Of a stretch of DNA of 64,000 nucleotides, positions 27,675-41,416 are shown piece by piece. Numbering within the stretch: position 1 is the first letter of the stretch; each line of letters opens with the position of its first letter. Below the pieces are notes generated by a model. That model was not told the DNA's origin. It worked only from the letters and a program-made list of their open reading frames with translations, and searched no databases. A program made the translations under genes and the position numbers. This DNA comes from Octopus bimaculoides (lineage: Eukaryota): NCBI RefSeq assembly GCF_001194135.2, contig NC_068988.1, positions 59,105,395 through 59,169,394 on the forward strand, given 5' to 3'.

Positions 27675-28044
27675 TGTATTAAAATATATTGTCTTAGCGA
27701 TGTATCTCTAGAGAAAATCATATGCAAAAATATATTTATATTCTCTCTATCCCTCTCTCACACTCTCTTTCTCTCTTTCTCATTCACACAAACACACACA
27801 CACACACACACAAACATATATACTTGCATTTGTATGAATGACTATACATTAGTAACAAATGAAAAGCTGACTATTGCGTTTGTTAATGCATTGGTACATC
27901 ATATATGGCGCTTCCAAATTTGCAGTAAATTTCGATCTTGAGTAACATATAATTTTCCACGATATTGACTGCAGCCGTCAATGCAAGCGAAGCTCCAGAG
28001 ATAGGTGATGTATTTCAAAAACGAAAATAAATAATTAATTGAAA

Positions 28045-28081
28045 TATCAACAATAACAACAACAAAACTATAACAGCAGCA

Positions 28082-28159
<78 letters not shown>

Positions 28160-28160
28160 C

Positions 28161-28191
<31 letters not shown>

Positions 28192-28506
28192 AGACAAGAC
28201 GAAGAGCGCGATGCGATTGCAATAGATACCTTATCGGTTGAACTATATTTTAAGTTGCAATTGTATAAAATTGAAACTTAAAAACTGATGATGTCATTCC
28301 ATCAACGTGTGGACGGTAGTTGCTCTCGTTCATACCTTAAATTTGAATCTCAATAATTTTGAATTTTTATCACTTTTTATTTGGAACTCGACAAAGATAG
28401 ACTCGCTGTCGAAATATCGTTCCGCTAAAATATATCTATTGCAATCGCTTCGCTCTCTTCGTGTTATCTGTTCATCTCTGTGAAGAGTTATGTCAATCCT
28501 TTTAAA

Positions 28507-28578
<72 letters not shown>

Positions 28579-28615
28579 TGATGATGATGATGAGGGTGAT
28601 GATGATAATAATAAA
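28045..28615. repeat. Two (AAT)n/(AAC)n/(GAT)n trinucleotide arrays
   Basis: Arrays at about 28045-28190 and 28508-28612. Confidence 0.95.
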
Positions 28616-28788
28616 ACTAACATGGCGACGTGATGAATGACACAAAAGGTAGGAAGAGGCGTTAAAACTACATAGCATTATATTTTAATGCAATATATTT
28701 CTTACAATGACACGTGACTTATTTATTTCAGTTTTACTAAGTATAACAGTTAACGGTAGCGAATTCTTTTCGTGAAAGATGTCCATAT

Positions 28789-28823
<35 letters not shown>

Positions 28824-28894
28824 CGTAATATTAATTTCAATGTATCTAACTCATTCTTACACATTACCACACATCAGTCAATAAATTAATCCAT

Positions 28895-28896
28895 CA

Positions 28897-28973
<77 letters not shown>

Positions 28974-28978
28974 GCTAG

Positions 28979-29010
<32 letters not shown>

Positions 29011-29018
29011 TTATCTAT
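28895..29018. repeat. (ATCT)n tetranucleotide array
   Basis: Direct inspection. Confidence 0.95.
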
Positions 29019-29023
29019 GATAT

Positions 29024-29375
29024 AATTAGGCGTGGCTGTGAGATAAGATTGTNNNNNNNNNNNNNNNNNNNNNNNNNNNNNNNNNNNNNNNNNNNNNNNN
29101 NNNNNNNNNATATGTATGTATGTGTGTGTGCGTGTGTGTGCGTGTGCGTCCGTGTGTTTTTATTCCTGTATGTGTCAACGTGCGTGCCGGTGTCTTTGTG
29201 TCTGTTTGCCACCTACAACCTCTTGACAATCAGTGTTGTCACGGTCACATTGAGCAAACACTACGCTTAAAAATAAAATAAAGAGCGGGGGTTGATTCAT
29301 TCGATTACAAGTTCTTCAAGGTGGTGCCCTAGTATTGCACCGATGTAATGACTAAAGGAATTAAAAGTTAAAGAA
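29024..29375 (+). mobile_element. Family A SINE, plus orientation, partly in an N gap
   Basis: Head aggcgtggctgtg before the gap, internal (TG)n, tail ttcttcaaggtggtgccctagtattgcaccgatgtaatgactaaagg, which is the reverse complement of the other family A tails. Confidence 0.65.
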
Positions 29376-29878
29376 AAATATATATGTATATATTTCGATA
29401 TAAAAATGCGAGAAAGAACAATATACTGAGGTGGAGTTACAGGCGTGTAATGGCATCAATACACGCGGAAGTATTAATTCTATATATCATTATAATGATA
29501 TGACTTCTAGCAATTATCATGTAATATAATGTAATTGAATATGATCAAATGCAAAGCCAAAATTTTAGATCTCTTTGTGGGCAGGAAACCTTGAATCATT
29601 ATATCAGTCGCCGACACGATTTCGAGCGGTTTTTCTGTTTCTCGCCATATATATCTTTAAACTTATTAACACATCAAACTGTCTATCAACACATAAAACA
29701 TATAATGAAATTTCTATAACTTATTGTTGCAGGCATAATTTCTTTAATAAAAATCTGCAACTACACATTTATTCATATAATTTTTAGATAAAATGTTTGT
29801 GGTAAATACGCACGCAAGCAGACATGCGTGCGCGCACAGTCACGTACGCACACACGAATGTGTGTATGTATGTATCTA

Positions 29879-29918
<40 letters not shown>

Positions 29919-31469
29919 NNNNNNNNNNNNNNNNNNNNNNNNNNNNNNNNNNNNNNNNNNNNNNNNNNNNNNNNNNNNNNNNNNNNNNNNNNNNNNNNNN
30001 NNNNNNNNNNNNNNNNNNNNNNNNNNNNNNNNNNNNNNNNNNNNNNNNNNNNNNNNNNNNNNNNNNNNNNNNNNNNNNNNNNNNNNNNNNNNNNNNNNNN
30101 NNNNNNNNNNNNNNNNNNNNNNNNNNNNNNNNNNNNNNNNNNNNNNNNNNNNNNNNNNNNNNNNNNNNNNNNNNNNNNNNNNNNNNNNNNNNNNNNNNNN
30201 NNNNNNNNNNNNNNNNNNNNNNNNNNNNNNNNNNNNNNNNNNNNNNNNNNNNNNNNNNNNNNNNNNNNNNNNNNNNNNNNNNNNNNNNNNNNNNNNNNNN
30301 NNNNNNNNNNNNNNNNNNNNNNNNNNNNNNNNNNNNNNNNNNNNNNNNNNNNNNNNNNNNNNNNNNNNNNNNNNNNNNNNNNNNNNNNNNNNNNNNNNNN
30401 NNNNNNNNNNNNNNNNNNNNNNNNNNNNNNNNNNNNNNNNNNNNNNNNNNNNNNNNNNNNNNNNNNNNNNNNNNNNNNNNNNNNNNNNNNNNNNNNNNNN
30501 NNNNNNNNNNNNNNNNNNNNNNNNNNNNNNNNNNNNNNNNNNNNNNNNNNNNNNNNNNNNNNNNNNNNNNNNNNNNNNNNNNNNNNNNNNNNNNNNNNNN
30601 NNNNNNNNNNNNNNNNNNNNNNNNNNNACACAGGCTCACTCAAGTGTATATTATGACGCTAGCTTCGGTTAATTTTTTTTTAAGCGTGTAATTTTTTGAA
30701 TATTTATTCTATGCGTCAGTATGCTTGCACCTTTGAGTATGCTCATGGTTTTTGTGTGTGTGTGTGTGTGTGTGTATGTGTGTGTGTGTGGTGGGGATGA
30801 TATGTGACCTACTATTAAGTGTAGTATTTTAGTAGGTCTTGTTGAAATGTTTCCTTTCCTGAAAAGAAAATACGTAGAAAAAAAGAAAAGGATGCAAAAT
30901 ATTCTTTTAAATTTGTAACCTTTCTCTCTTAGCATTGACATATGTCACATCCACCTCGGTTTTTCATGGTATTAATCATATTTTCCGGGTTTTAAAATAT
31001 TGAGAGCAAGTGCTCTCAAACGTGAGTGTCAATCTTCATTCTAGATGTGGATTTTCAGTGCTTATGTAAGTTCATATACGTATTGGTACAAATGCATACA
31101 TATATCAGTTCTTGTACACGCACACAGGAAACACACAGACACACACATGCATATACACGCATGCACACACGCACACACTTATACATACATGCGTGTACAT
31201 ATATGTAGATAGATTGATGCATACATATATTTACACACATATCTGCATACATATAAGATTTAATATCTCTTTCATTAGGAGTGCCTTAAAAGTAAACATT
31301 ATATAGACGGTTGAGTAAAACAAAATATGTATTTATATACAATGCTTTCAAGGTCTTTCAATAATTCTTCGTTTTAGAAATAAGCAATTTTATTCGAAAG
31401 TTTGATATGTTTTTAAATGCATGTGTAAATACTATTATTCATTTGTGTTTATTTTCTTCCTCCAGTCTG

Positions 31470-31633
31470 TCATTCCTTCACCGATATCAGGGTAAATTGC
31501 TCTGTTTGGCAGTTTGTACGGCTGTAACTAATATTATAGCTTCCACCCGACTTTGGGCGTTGTGTGTGTTGTTCTTGTTCTAATGGCGAAACACAACACA
31601 GGCAAACAGACTTGAATTCTTTACGGAACTTCG
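31470..31633 (-). CDS. Same GPCR, terminal coding exon (helix 8 + C-tail)
   Basis: Acceptor ttcttttttattgcag|CG, phase 1. Translates (A)KFRKEFKSVCLCCVSPLEQEQHTQRPKSGGSYNISYSRTNCQTEQFTLISVKE* (TGA ending at 31470). KFRxEF followed by CxCC resembles the helix 8/palmitoylation region of orexin-type receptors. Confidence 0.93.
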
Positions 31634-31839
31634 CTGCAATAAAAAAGAAAGTAAATATATACAAATGTAAATTTAGAAAATTGTAAATGCATATATATGT
31701 GTGTGTGAGTGTCTCTGTGTGCGTGCGTAAGTGTGTGTAATAAAGATTTGCAATATATACACACACATGCACACACAAACACACACATAATACATGCCTC
31801 CATATATTTATATATGTGTGTGCGTGTATGTATATACAC

Positions 31840-31878
<39 letters not shown>

Positions 31879-31914
31879 NNNNNNNNNNTATGTATGTATA
31901 TATATATCTATATG

Positions 31915-31946
<32 letters not shown>

Positions 31947-34454
31947 TGTATGTATGTATATAACACATACATACATTTCTAGAATCACTTCAAATAGGCA
32001 TAACGATAGAAAACAAGAGCTGAGAAGAAAACCAGTGACCACCATATCTGATTTGCATCTTGTCCAATAAATTCTTACCTGGCTTGAATCCACACGTGCA
32101 GACACAGTTATAAACACTCGATAGGATTTATCTCTATTTGTTACTAGTAGTGAATAATTTTTATTTGTTTGATATTTACTATTAATTGTTGGTTGCTGTT
32201 ATAAGTTTCAATATGTTTGAGAAAGAAAAACTTATCGTAACAATTTATACATCTGAACTACAGTTAATGCACCTTACGAAGTGTATTTCTAAACAGTTAT
32301 AAATACATCTTCCAATGTTATGTTCACACAGTAGTAATATAGCAGATAATGTTTCATAGCTCATAGAATAATTATCACATCAGATTCATCGTACTTGTTG
32401 TATTGTACAAGAAGTGTATCTTCTTTTCAGATTTGCTGTCAATTTTCGAAAATTGAAAATTTATTGAAACTTTTAAAATTTGGTACATTAATGTAGTTTT
32501 CCAATTTGAATCTCAAGAGATATTTAAATTTTTCCAGATTTTTTTTTGTTTTTAAGTTATTAGGGAATGTACTTGCATGAGGCATAACGCAGTGGGACTG
32601 AGACCCGGGACCATAGGATAGAGAAGCAAACTTTTTACTACTGAGTCGCATATAATTGTCTACATTTTATATTATAATACAATAATATAATGCGTCGAAC
32701 TGAAGGATTAGTCAATACAATTGTAAGAGTACCTCCTTTAACCAGAAATGCTTTGAGAGTAAACTGGATGTGTCGGTCAGCTAACCCAATATCGGTCTGT
32801 GTAAACTTCTATCATTCTGTTAAGTTAAAATTTTCTAGCGTAAGCTGAGTGCTGTTTGAATGATAACATGTAATATATGTTTGATTGCAAAGGTGTTACA
32901 GAGAATAGCTTTTGATTAAATTTCTTGTGCTATTTCTTGTGTATTTAGTTTATTCATGCATGTTGAACGTGGTAGTCAGGTGTGCATATTTAGGTGTTTC
33001 ATGAATATGAAGTATATCTGGTGTCGATAAATAAATATCCAAGTGATAATGTTAGGCTTAGAACTCCACGTCGATTCCAGTCCTCCAGTTAACTAGCACG
33101 TCCATGCTGGTAGGCAGAAGCAAAGAGTTTCACTGAACAAACCGACAGAGGCATATTTTTGAGATTGCAATAAATTTAATCTTTCTATTGTTGTTGAAAT
33201 GCTATGTAATGGGGAGGTAGTAAAACTAAAACTTTTTGAGAAAAGACAATAAATACTTAGGAGAACAAACAAAAAGACCCACACGCACATAGGTGTGCGT
33301 ATATATATATACATACGAACACAAACATGACACACACACTTCGACAGTGTTTCAGTATCCATCTGCCATAACCACTCCAAAATTTGTTCGGCGTTGGGTT
33401 ATAGTGAACCCGTGCCTACATGACTTATAGAGATCGCTCAAAGGGCGCATTCCTAAATCCTCAGTGCTAATTGGTCTAGAAGTGCCCTTACCCTCATCCC
33501 TCCCTTCTCCACTTTCGCCTGTCCTCACTTCGGAGTTTGTTGCCCGCTGTGATCTCCCTGTTCGGAAAATATATAAAATGTGAAGAATCTCAAAGATGAA
33601 TCAGAATGGAAAATGGATGTTTTGACATAACTTGTTTATTGGGATCGTCTCAAGAAACTCGTGATTTATTCCCTCCAACGCAGCCGTCAGCTCTATATTG
33701 TTTGTATGACGTGGATTTGTTGCCCATTTTTAAGACTGGGGCAATCTAGTGGGATAGGAAATTTTGGGGAAGAGAGCTAGCATCCAGTGATTTCCTCCCC
33801 ATTGTCTTGGGGAGCTATCAGCGATAGAACAATAGACGAGTCAAAGATAATACGAGGCGGAATCCTTCCACAACATAATAGTAGCGACAAGAATATCACA
33901 GTGCCGACAATATCATACAAATGGACGAGGAACCACATCATAATTCTTTCGTATGTGCGAGGTCAAGTGTATATTCAAATACCAGATATCTATACGAGGG
34001 ATTTTCTTCTAAAACATTTATAAAATGTATTCAAACCTTTTTCCCACAAAATTATTCGTGCTTTTCATGTAAAATACCAGGAAATGTACATTAATAGCCT
34101 CATTTCTTAGTTTACTTAAAATTAGGTTTGGAGTGTCAGTGAATTCTAAAAGATTATTTCTAGTCTACCAAACACGCAAAAATTTCTGCGTCAGAATTCC
34201 AGCAAATTCATGTATAGAAATAATTTCTTCAGAAGTAAAAGAATACCGAAATTGTTCAAATTACTGTATCTCTTTTTGAACCAGCTTCAAACAAATATAT
34301 ATATGTATTTTACGTTTTCTGGTGATTAACGTACTCACATCTAACGAAACGTTGTAGTGTCCCAAATAGGTAAACTGGTTTCAGTTCCTGAATACATGAA
34401 ATTATTTTACGAACGTGAAATATTTTTTTTTCAAAACAACGTACATCTATTCCT

Positions 34455-34560
34455 TAAATTCCCGAAATGCTGAAAGGCAAAGATGATATCGGTAGAATTT
34501 TAACTCAAAACATGAAGACGGACGAGATACCACTAAGCATTTCACCCGGCTTACCACCTC

Positions 34561-34629
<69 letters not shown>

Positions 34630-34995
34630 CCTTTCTACTATAGACACAAGTCCTGAAAATTATCGTTTACATCGTTCTCAGTGTTTCACTGGTACTTATA
34701 TTCACTCCAAAAGGAAGAAAGGCAAAGTCAACCTCGGTGGAATTTGAACTGAGAACGTAAACACGGACGAAATACCACTATGCATTTCAGGGCCAAATGC
34801 CGCTAGAAATTTCGTCCGGCCTGCGAACGATTCTGCCAGCTCACGAACTTAACAACATTTACAATAGCAATAATAATTCTTTCCACTAATTTCATAAGAC
34901 CTGAAATTGTTGGGGAGGGACTATCGATTACATCCGCCTCAGTGTTTCGCTGGTACTTAATGAAAAGCAAAGTCGTCCTCGGCGGAATTTGAAAC
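34455..34995 (-). mobile_element. Cluster of three family B SINE copies/fragments separated by (AAT)n
   Basis: Three recurrences of ggcaaag/agcaaag...tcgg..gaattt.aac at about 34475-34505, 34720-34750 and 34965-34995. Confidence 0.75.
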
Positions 34996-35031
<36 letters not shown>

Positions 35032-35036
35032 TGATA

Positions 35037-35129
<93 letters not shown>

Positions 35130-36009
35130 TATGTACATATGAATGCGAATATATGCCCACATACACGTACTCGCGGACATACATATATGCACGCATGTAC
35201 AAAATATATATAGTATTTTTGTTTTCGTGTATATACAAAGACGCACACAGCTATAAATATTACGGTCAAAAGCAACTGTCCGTTACCAGAATTCATAAAT
35301 AAATTTTAAAATTCAATGAATGAAATTAAGAGCAATTTTGCTGAGAATGCAATTTAACCTTTTTTTCAGTATTGATAAAAATTCAAGAGAGGAAAATTCA
35401 GTTTACTAATAGCCTTCATCTTCCAGCTAAATTCGTTTAAACAGCAATTAGTCACAAAGAGTATGTGACACAAAATAGTTGTGAGGGTAACAAGTTCAAA
35501 TATTTCAAAGGGCACAATACTTAATGGACTTCAAATATTTCTGAACGAAACTTATGGAATTTTAAAGAAGTTATACTCATTGTATTGTCAACGTTTGTAG
35601 TAGAATAGAATTTGTTAGATTAAATTTGTTTTGCTGCTCATATTTCATAGTTCAAACTTAGAAATCATCGAGTTAATGGAAAATATAAAATGAATAAATT
35701 AATACCTCTTGTTCTATAAAACTAAACTATTTTAATTTACATATATTGAATATTATTGAACTTGAAACTGTCGCATTGCTCAGCTGATTTGCACACTGCT
35801 GAGGAGACCCCAATTATAGCAGGAAATGGATTAATGGTGTTTTGCATCTCTTAGAATCTACTGAGGAAGATAAAATTTACGTCTTATGTCTATTGCAGCG
35901 ATTCATCTCCCCGACCACACAAAGCTCTCTCTCTGTGTATCTGCCTATTTCGTTCGCTCTTGTTCTCTCTTTCTTTATGCTACATATATGCATATGTCGC
36001 TACCTGTAT

Positions 36010-36545
36010 GCATACGGTGTATTAGGGCAATCTCGTGGTCGCCCGTCAGACAGTTGGAGCTGGATGATCAAGTGCTTGAGGCATTTACACCCTTCTCTTC
36101 AATTAGCTACTCCCACACAATCCCAGCTTTGGTCTAAGATTCAGTTTCAGTCCCCTACTAACAGTAAAGGGCGCACGTACCTAGAAAGCCTTCCAGATGC
36201 CTAAAGAAATCCGGCAGCTTGGCTCCGGTAGGAGCGTAGACGGTTATCAGTGTCAAGACACTACCTTTACTATTGCTCACGTCCAGGACCACAAACTTCC
36301 CGTCCGGGTCCCGGAAGATCGAACTTACTTCGAGATCCAGTTCTTTCCACTCCACGTCTCATTTCCGGCAAACTAACAATTGCAAAGATCTGATAGTCAA
36401 CGAACAATGGTGCTAGTGTGCGTGTTTTGGAAATCACTGTCTAACTGAAAGCAATTATATCCAATTCTAGAGATTAGAGGTCACTTGCTTCCAGAGTGAC
36501 CGCAGGCTTCGAGGATTTAAAAGTCCTACTCTTAATATGGCAATT
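36010..36545 (-). mobile_element. L1/Tx1-clade LINE apurinic endonuclease fragment, decayed
   Basis: ILRVGLLNPRSLRSLWKQ ... IFRDPDGKFVVLDV...LITVYAPTG...DFFRHLEGFLGT ... LLVGD*N*ILD are APE motifs (xLNxRxL, VYAP, GDxN). Stops and frameshifts present. Confidence 0.8.
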
Positions 36546-36979
36546 TTGGCAAGCTAAAGAGAGAAGGGAAAGGTTTACTTAGCTTCCGGTGTCTTCTGAA
36601 GGTCGGGTGGTTCGACTTCTATAATTGCTGGTTCTTTTTATTTTTGCTGTTGGGGGAATCCCTTAAAGAGCCGCAATGTGGGTTTTACGTCTCACGTCCT
36701 CTGGAAAGCTCTTTCGAATTTTTTGTGTAGGAGCCAAGAGACATTCTTACCAGAATTAAACCTTTTGGTACGCAAAATATGTTCTATTCGAATTCAATAT
36801 TTTGTGTCAAATTCAATATTTTGTGTTACGAGCGCCATTAGTCACTCGTTGTCTCTCCTGATGAGTACGAAGTTGTGTGTTTTGTGCTGGCATTGTTTAA
36901 TCTGCTTGCTTGAATGTAGTGCGCGTGCTGTAAGTGTGGTGTCTACAGCTTTAGATGTGTGTGTGTGTGTGTGTTTGTA

Positions 36980-37290
36980 CGGTGAATGTGGTGTCTGCAG
37001 CTTTATATGTTTATGTGAGTATTTATTTTTGTTTAGGTTGTTTTCGTTATCGTTGTTGTTGTTCTTGTTGCTGTTGTTAGTATAGGCTTTGTTGTTGCTG
37101 CTGGTGTCACTTTTCCTCTCGTTGTTGCTGTTGTTGCTATCGCTACTGCCACTGCAGTTGCTGTCTCCTTCGTTGTTGTTGCTACCACCACTACTACTGC
37201 TACGGCTGCTGTCACCTTTGCTGCTTCTGTTGTTGTCCCTGCTATTGCTGTTGCTGGTACTGCTACTATTGCTGTTATTATGAGGTGGAC
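36980..37290. repeat. Degenerate (TTG)/(CTG)/(CTA) low-complexity tract
   Basis: Source of the spurious poly-L/N/S/T ORFs at 36842-37344. Confidence 0.85.
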
Positions 37291-37679
37291 ATTGTACCAT
37301 AACAGTTTCGTTTTTTTATTCCATTTCAACTGTATTGTTGCCAATAAAGGAGGGGAGGCGAAAGAAATCTTCAGCAGTCACGAGATTCATGGGAGGGGTT
37401 GTTTTGCTTATTCTCAACTCTGCCAAGACCAGATCCGCCATCTTCTTTAGTTGTCTTTGATTAAATTAAATTAAACGCCGAGCAAACTTATTTGGTGGAA
37501 CTAATATAATCCCTAGAGGGATTAAACAACCGTAGAAAACCAGTAACAGGTTCCTGGTGTTTCTGTTGACAGCTTGGAATAAAATAAATAATGCAAATAA
37601 TTACCAAAACTGTGTTAATAGATATTTTATGCTGCACTCAACTAGAGCGTTTGAAAGCACGTCTTATGTATTCCTCGCT

Positions 37680-37716
37680 AAATAATGATGATGATAATAC
37701 TCATAATAAAAATAAT

Positions 37717-37786
<70 letters not shown>

Positions 37787-37844
37787 TAAACAACAACAAC
37801 AACAATAATCATAATAATAGTAATAATAACAATAACAACAGCAA

Positions 37845-37923
<79 letters not shown>

Positions 37924-37965
37924 GATAATAATAATAATGATGACGATCATGATGAACATGAAGGT
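37680..37965. repeat. (AAT)n-(AAC)n-(ACT)n compound trinucleotide array
   Basis: Direct inspection; lies immediately 5' of the R4-like fragment. Confidence 0.95.
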
Positions 37966-37984
37966 GTTCATGATGATAAAAACA

Positions 37985-39600
37985 TTGAAAAACTCTGATG
38001 AGAAGATGTTAAACCGTGTGTTAAAACACAAAAACAAGGAAACATCATACTCAGTAACAAAACAGGCAAAGAAATAGGATCTTTTTTAAAACGGGGGGGG
38101 GGGGCACATTTTTCATTAACGAAACACTTTGAAACTTGGAACACTTGTAGAATGTGTCATATAAAACATCTTTTTCTCTTAGTCTTCTTAAAAAAAAAAG
38201 AAATCCATAAGTTCTTCCATGTTAAAGTTGTCGTATTTCTGTAATTTCAACCAATCACTGACGTCCATTCAGCCGATATACATTAAGTGCCGACTACATA
38301 AACAAACGATTCTGNNNNNNNNNNAGGTATGGAGATTAAATACGCTTTACATCGCTTAATCAGCCAAAGGAGTAAATGTAAACAACTGAATACTTGTCAG
38401 TGATTGGTTGAAATTATCGAAATAAGACAATTTTTTACATGAAATAAATTCGAATACAAAAATATTTTTCTGTTCTATAACACAAAATAGATAAGTATAC
38501 GAAGTTTGAAAGTCTTTCCGTACCAAAAACAGTACGTAAAACATTAATGAAAAATGTGGCCCCCGTTTTAAAATAGATCCAAGAAATATCTAAATGAATT
38601 CCAAATACAACAAATCCCAGAATGTGATGTAATGGAAAAAAAATCAGAAAAAGGTAAGCGTATGAAAACCCGTGCTAAATCTGCTGCCTTAGATATTCTT
38701 ACTGATAAATGGCAAGAAAAACTTCTCCATGACAAATATCTAAAGAGAGCTAATAATGCCGATGTTGACAAAGCCCTTACGCATCAATGGTTAATGTCTT
38801 CTGGCTTAAAATCAGAGACAGAAGGATTTGTTATAACAGCCCAAGATCAATGCCTACCTACAAGGAGTTAACAGACCAATATATAAATAACAGCAGTAGT
38901 GTTTGCAAGCAACAAAATGAAACCATTTATCATGTTGTCTCTATGTGCAGTCTTCTTGCACCTACAGAGTATCTCAACAGGCGTAATAGAGTAGCACAGT
39001 ATATTCACTGAGTAATTTGCAAAATCTTGGACCTGCACCATGATAAAGACTAGTGAGAGAACAAAACACATGCAGTGCTTGTAAATGACCACATTTCACT
39101 CCTCTAGAACGTCACCGCTCAAACTGATAAAAACATAGATACGAATAGGCCAGACATTATATTGAAGGACTTCAAACAAATATGACTGTCTCAATCGACA
39201 TAAATGTATGTGTCAAGATTTACCAAAAACTGAGCTAGTATAGCGAACTTGAAATAGAAATTGCCAAAATGTGTAACCTCAAGACTAAATACCTGTTGTC
39301 ATAGGTGCGCTACGAATGTTTTCAAAAGAAGATGATTGCTACCTAGCTCATATAAAAAATGGCAGAAATTTTTTTTAAATAGTGCTCTTTGGAACTGCCC
39401 ATATACTACGTAAAATACCATCTATATAATCTCAACTTTTAAAACAGACTTATAATATTCTTATGTTTTCTTAAACATTCTCTAGAACAATATTGTGTGA
39501 AAATCCAAATATAGGGTACCATAGTCATAACATCAACTTGAACTTCTAACTTGTCTCTTGAGGTGTCTGGGTAAACTTGGAGTCAACTTGTACAAAAATA
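37985..39600 (+). mobile_element. R4/Dong-clade non-LTR retrotransposon, 5'-truncated 3' portion, interrupted by a MITE
   Basis: WQEKLLHDKY...THQWLMSSGLKSETEGFVITAQDQCLPTR, decayed CCHC knuckle (CK..NETIYHVVSMC), NRPDIILKD (restriction-like endonuclease PD..D) and ELEIEIAKM. Many stops. Confidence 0.85.
38077..38580. mobile_element. Non-autonomous DNA transposon (MITE) with long TIRs and perfect 8-bp TSD
   Basis: TIRs ggatcttttttaaaacggggg..cacatttttcattaa / ttaatgaaaaatgtggcccccgttttaaaatagatcc. Internal inverted atttcaaccaatcactgac / gtcagtgattggttgaaat. TSD aagaaata at 38069-38076 and 38581-38588. Confidence 0.92.
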
Positions 39601-39619
39601 AAGCAAATCTCAAACATAT

Positions 39620-40084
39620 AATAACTATAAAAACACGGAAGAAAATATTTGCAGACTAACAGATGCAAGTATTCCCACACATAAAATTATATCTGTAAAG
39701 TAATTTGACAAATTAAGTAAATATAAGGACCTGGAAATTGAAATATAAATATGTGGCATTTTAAAGTGAGAACTATTCCTGTTATTGTGGGTACAGTAGG
39801 TATGATAAGAAGGGGTTGTCAGAAACATCTAGATAATATCCCAGGAGAACCATGTCTTAGAGTAATCCAAAACATTGTGCTGACAAGTACTGCGTACAAC
39901 CCTAGAAAAACCCTCTGAATTTAAATGTCTGTGTTGTATAATATCAAAATATTTCGCTACTGACCCTGCCACTTCTCCTCTCCTAAGTATTCAATCATGC
40001 TGTAACACCTCTTATCCTTCACACACCCTAGGTCGCAGGGCATGTCTTGGCAAGTGATTGTAACAAACATGCGGGTTAAAAGTA

Positions 40085-40133
<49 letters not shown>

Positions 40134-40135
40134 TT
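39620..40135 (+). mobile_element. Second R4/Dong-like 3' end with (TAA)n tail
   Basis: FDKLSKYKDLEIEI...VRTIPVIVGTVGMIRRGCQKHLDNIPGEPCLRVIQNIVLTSTA, then a 3' UTR and (AAT)n at about 40085-40132. Confidence 0.8.
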
Positions 40136-40169
40136 AATAGGAATCAAAACCACATAGGTGGTACTCACA

Positions 40170-40590
40170 AGAGCGACAGCATCACTTATAACTGAATAGA
40201 GGATAAGTGTGTCCTCTAAATAAAATATGTCTTGAGGAGAGCGTAGTCTACAAATGCACGGTTGTAATTCGCAGTCAAACTTAACATTACAGAGGCTGCT
40301 TTGCAGCGAGTTTTTAGCTACATTATTACAAAATTATTACGTAAGATTAAACGCAAATATAGAGAAAACTCAGCTTCCCTTAGCAAGTTATTCTGGTAAC
40401 GTAGGAACAGCAAAACTAAATGTGACTTAGAATGGTCGACTTTAGCTACAGCTAAGCCGTATTAAATAGGACGAATGAGTTGCGAAATTGGGTGTTAGTC
40501 CAAATACTTACGTCAAAGAGTAACATAATTAACTGGAGCCAGGAATTAGAGACACGTTGTGAGCATTTCTATAATAAATCTTTCAGCAAG
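40170..40590 (+). mobile_element. Penelope-like GIY-YIG endonuclease fragment, decayed
   Basis: CPLNKICLEESVVYKCTV ... NSASLSKLFW*RRNSKTKCDLEWSTLATAKPY resembles the Penelope-like C-terminus. Confidence 0.7.
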
Positions 40591-41390
40591 TTCCATTGAT
40601 AACTATCAGTCCATAATGAGAGATAATGGTGAAGATGGGTTTAATGCCTAATGGATAAATGCAAGTTATCGAAATTATTCTATTTCGTCGTTATTTTTTA
40701 AATTTTTATATCATCTTTATTTCATTGAATTCTTTTTTTATTGTTTGCATTTATTTTTTTATATTATTGTCATTTTATTTTATCATTATTTTTCATTTTG
40801 CATTTTCCCTCTACTATCCTCTTTTGCTATAGCTTCCTTTACCTATTATTGCTGGTGGTTCTTTCATTCCATTTATCCATAATTTTGTCTAATACACTTC
40901 ACTCTCAATATGATATCGTAGTAAGTACTCACTATTAAACATTTAAGCCAACCACAGGAATAAATTCGTAATATCAAATTTCAAAATATCATCTGGATAG
41001 TATTTGAACAGACGAAAAGGTAACTGTTTTGTAGTGTAATGACGCAATTACACACGCTAAGGCCACTAATACTTTCATTATTGTATCCTCTTTGTTTTCT
41101 GGCTATTCACATATCCATTCCACTTTTATTCTTCCATCTTGTTCCCCTGCTCTATTGTGTACCCCCTTTCCTCTTCTTTTTCTTTCTTTCCGTTTTCTTT
41201 AGTCTCTCTCTTCCATAACGTTATTTAATTTTTATCTTTTTTATTATTCCTCTTCCACTGACCTGGTATTGCACCTTTTCGCCCGTCTTCCCATGCCTCT
41301 ATCGTTCACTTTCATTTCTCTGCTTGGTTTTAGCGGTATACACCAAGTATCATAATGATAGCATTAATTCTTTCACTCTGTTCAATTTTT

Positions 41391-41416
41391 CTCAACCGGT
41401 CAATTGACCGGTTGAG
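41391..41416. repeat. Perfect 26-bp palindrome
   Basis: ctcaaccggtcaattgaccggttgag equals its own reverse complement. Confidence 0.97.

Noticed and set aside
34320-34365. CTGGTGA...CGAAACGTT as a hammerhead candidate
   Set aside because: Core mismatch and no credible stem I or stem II pairing.
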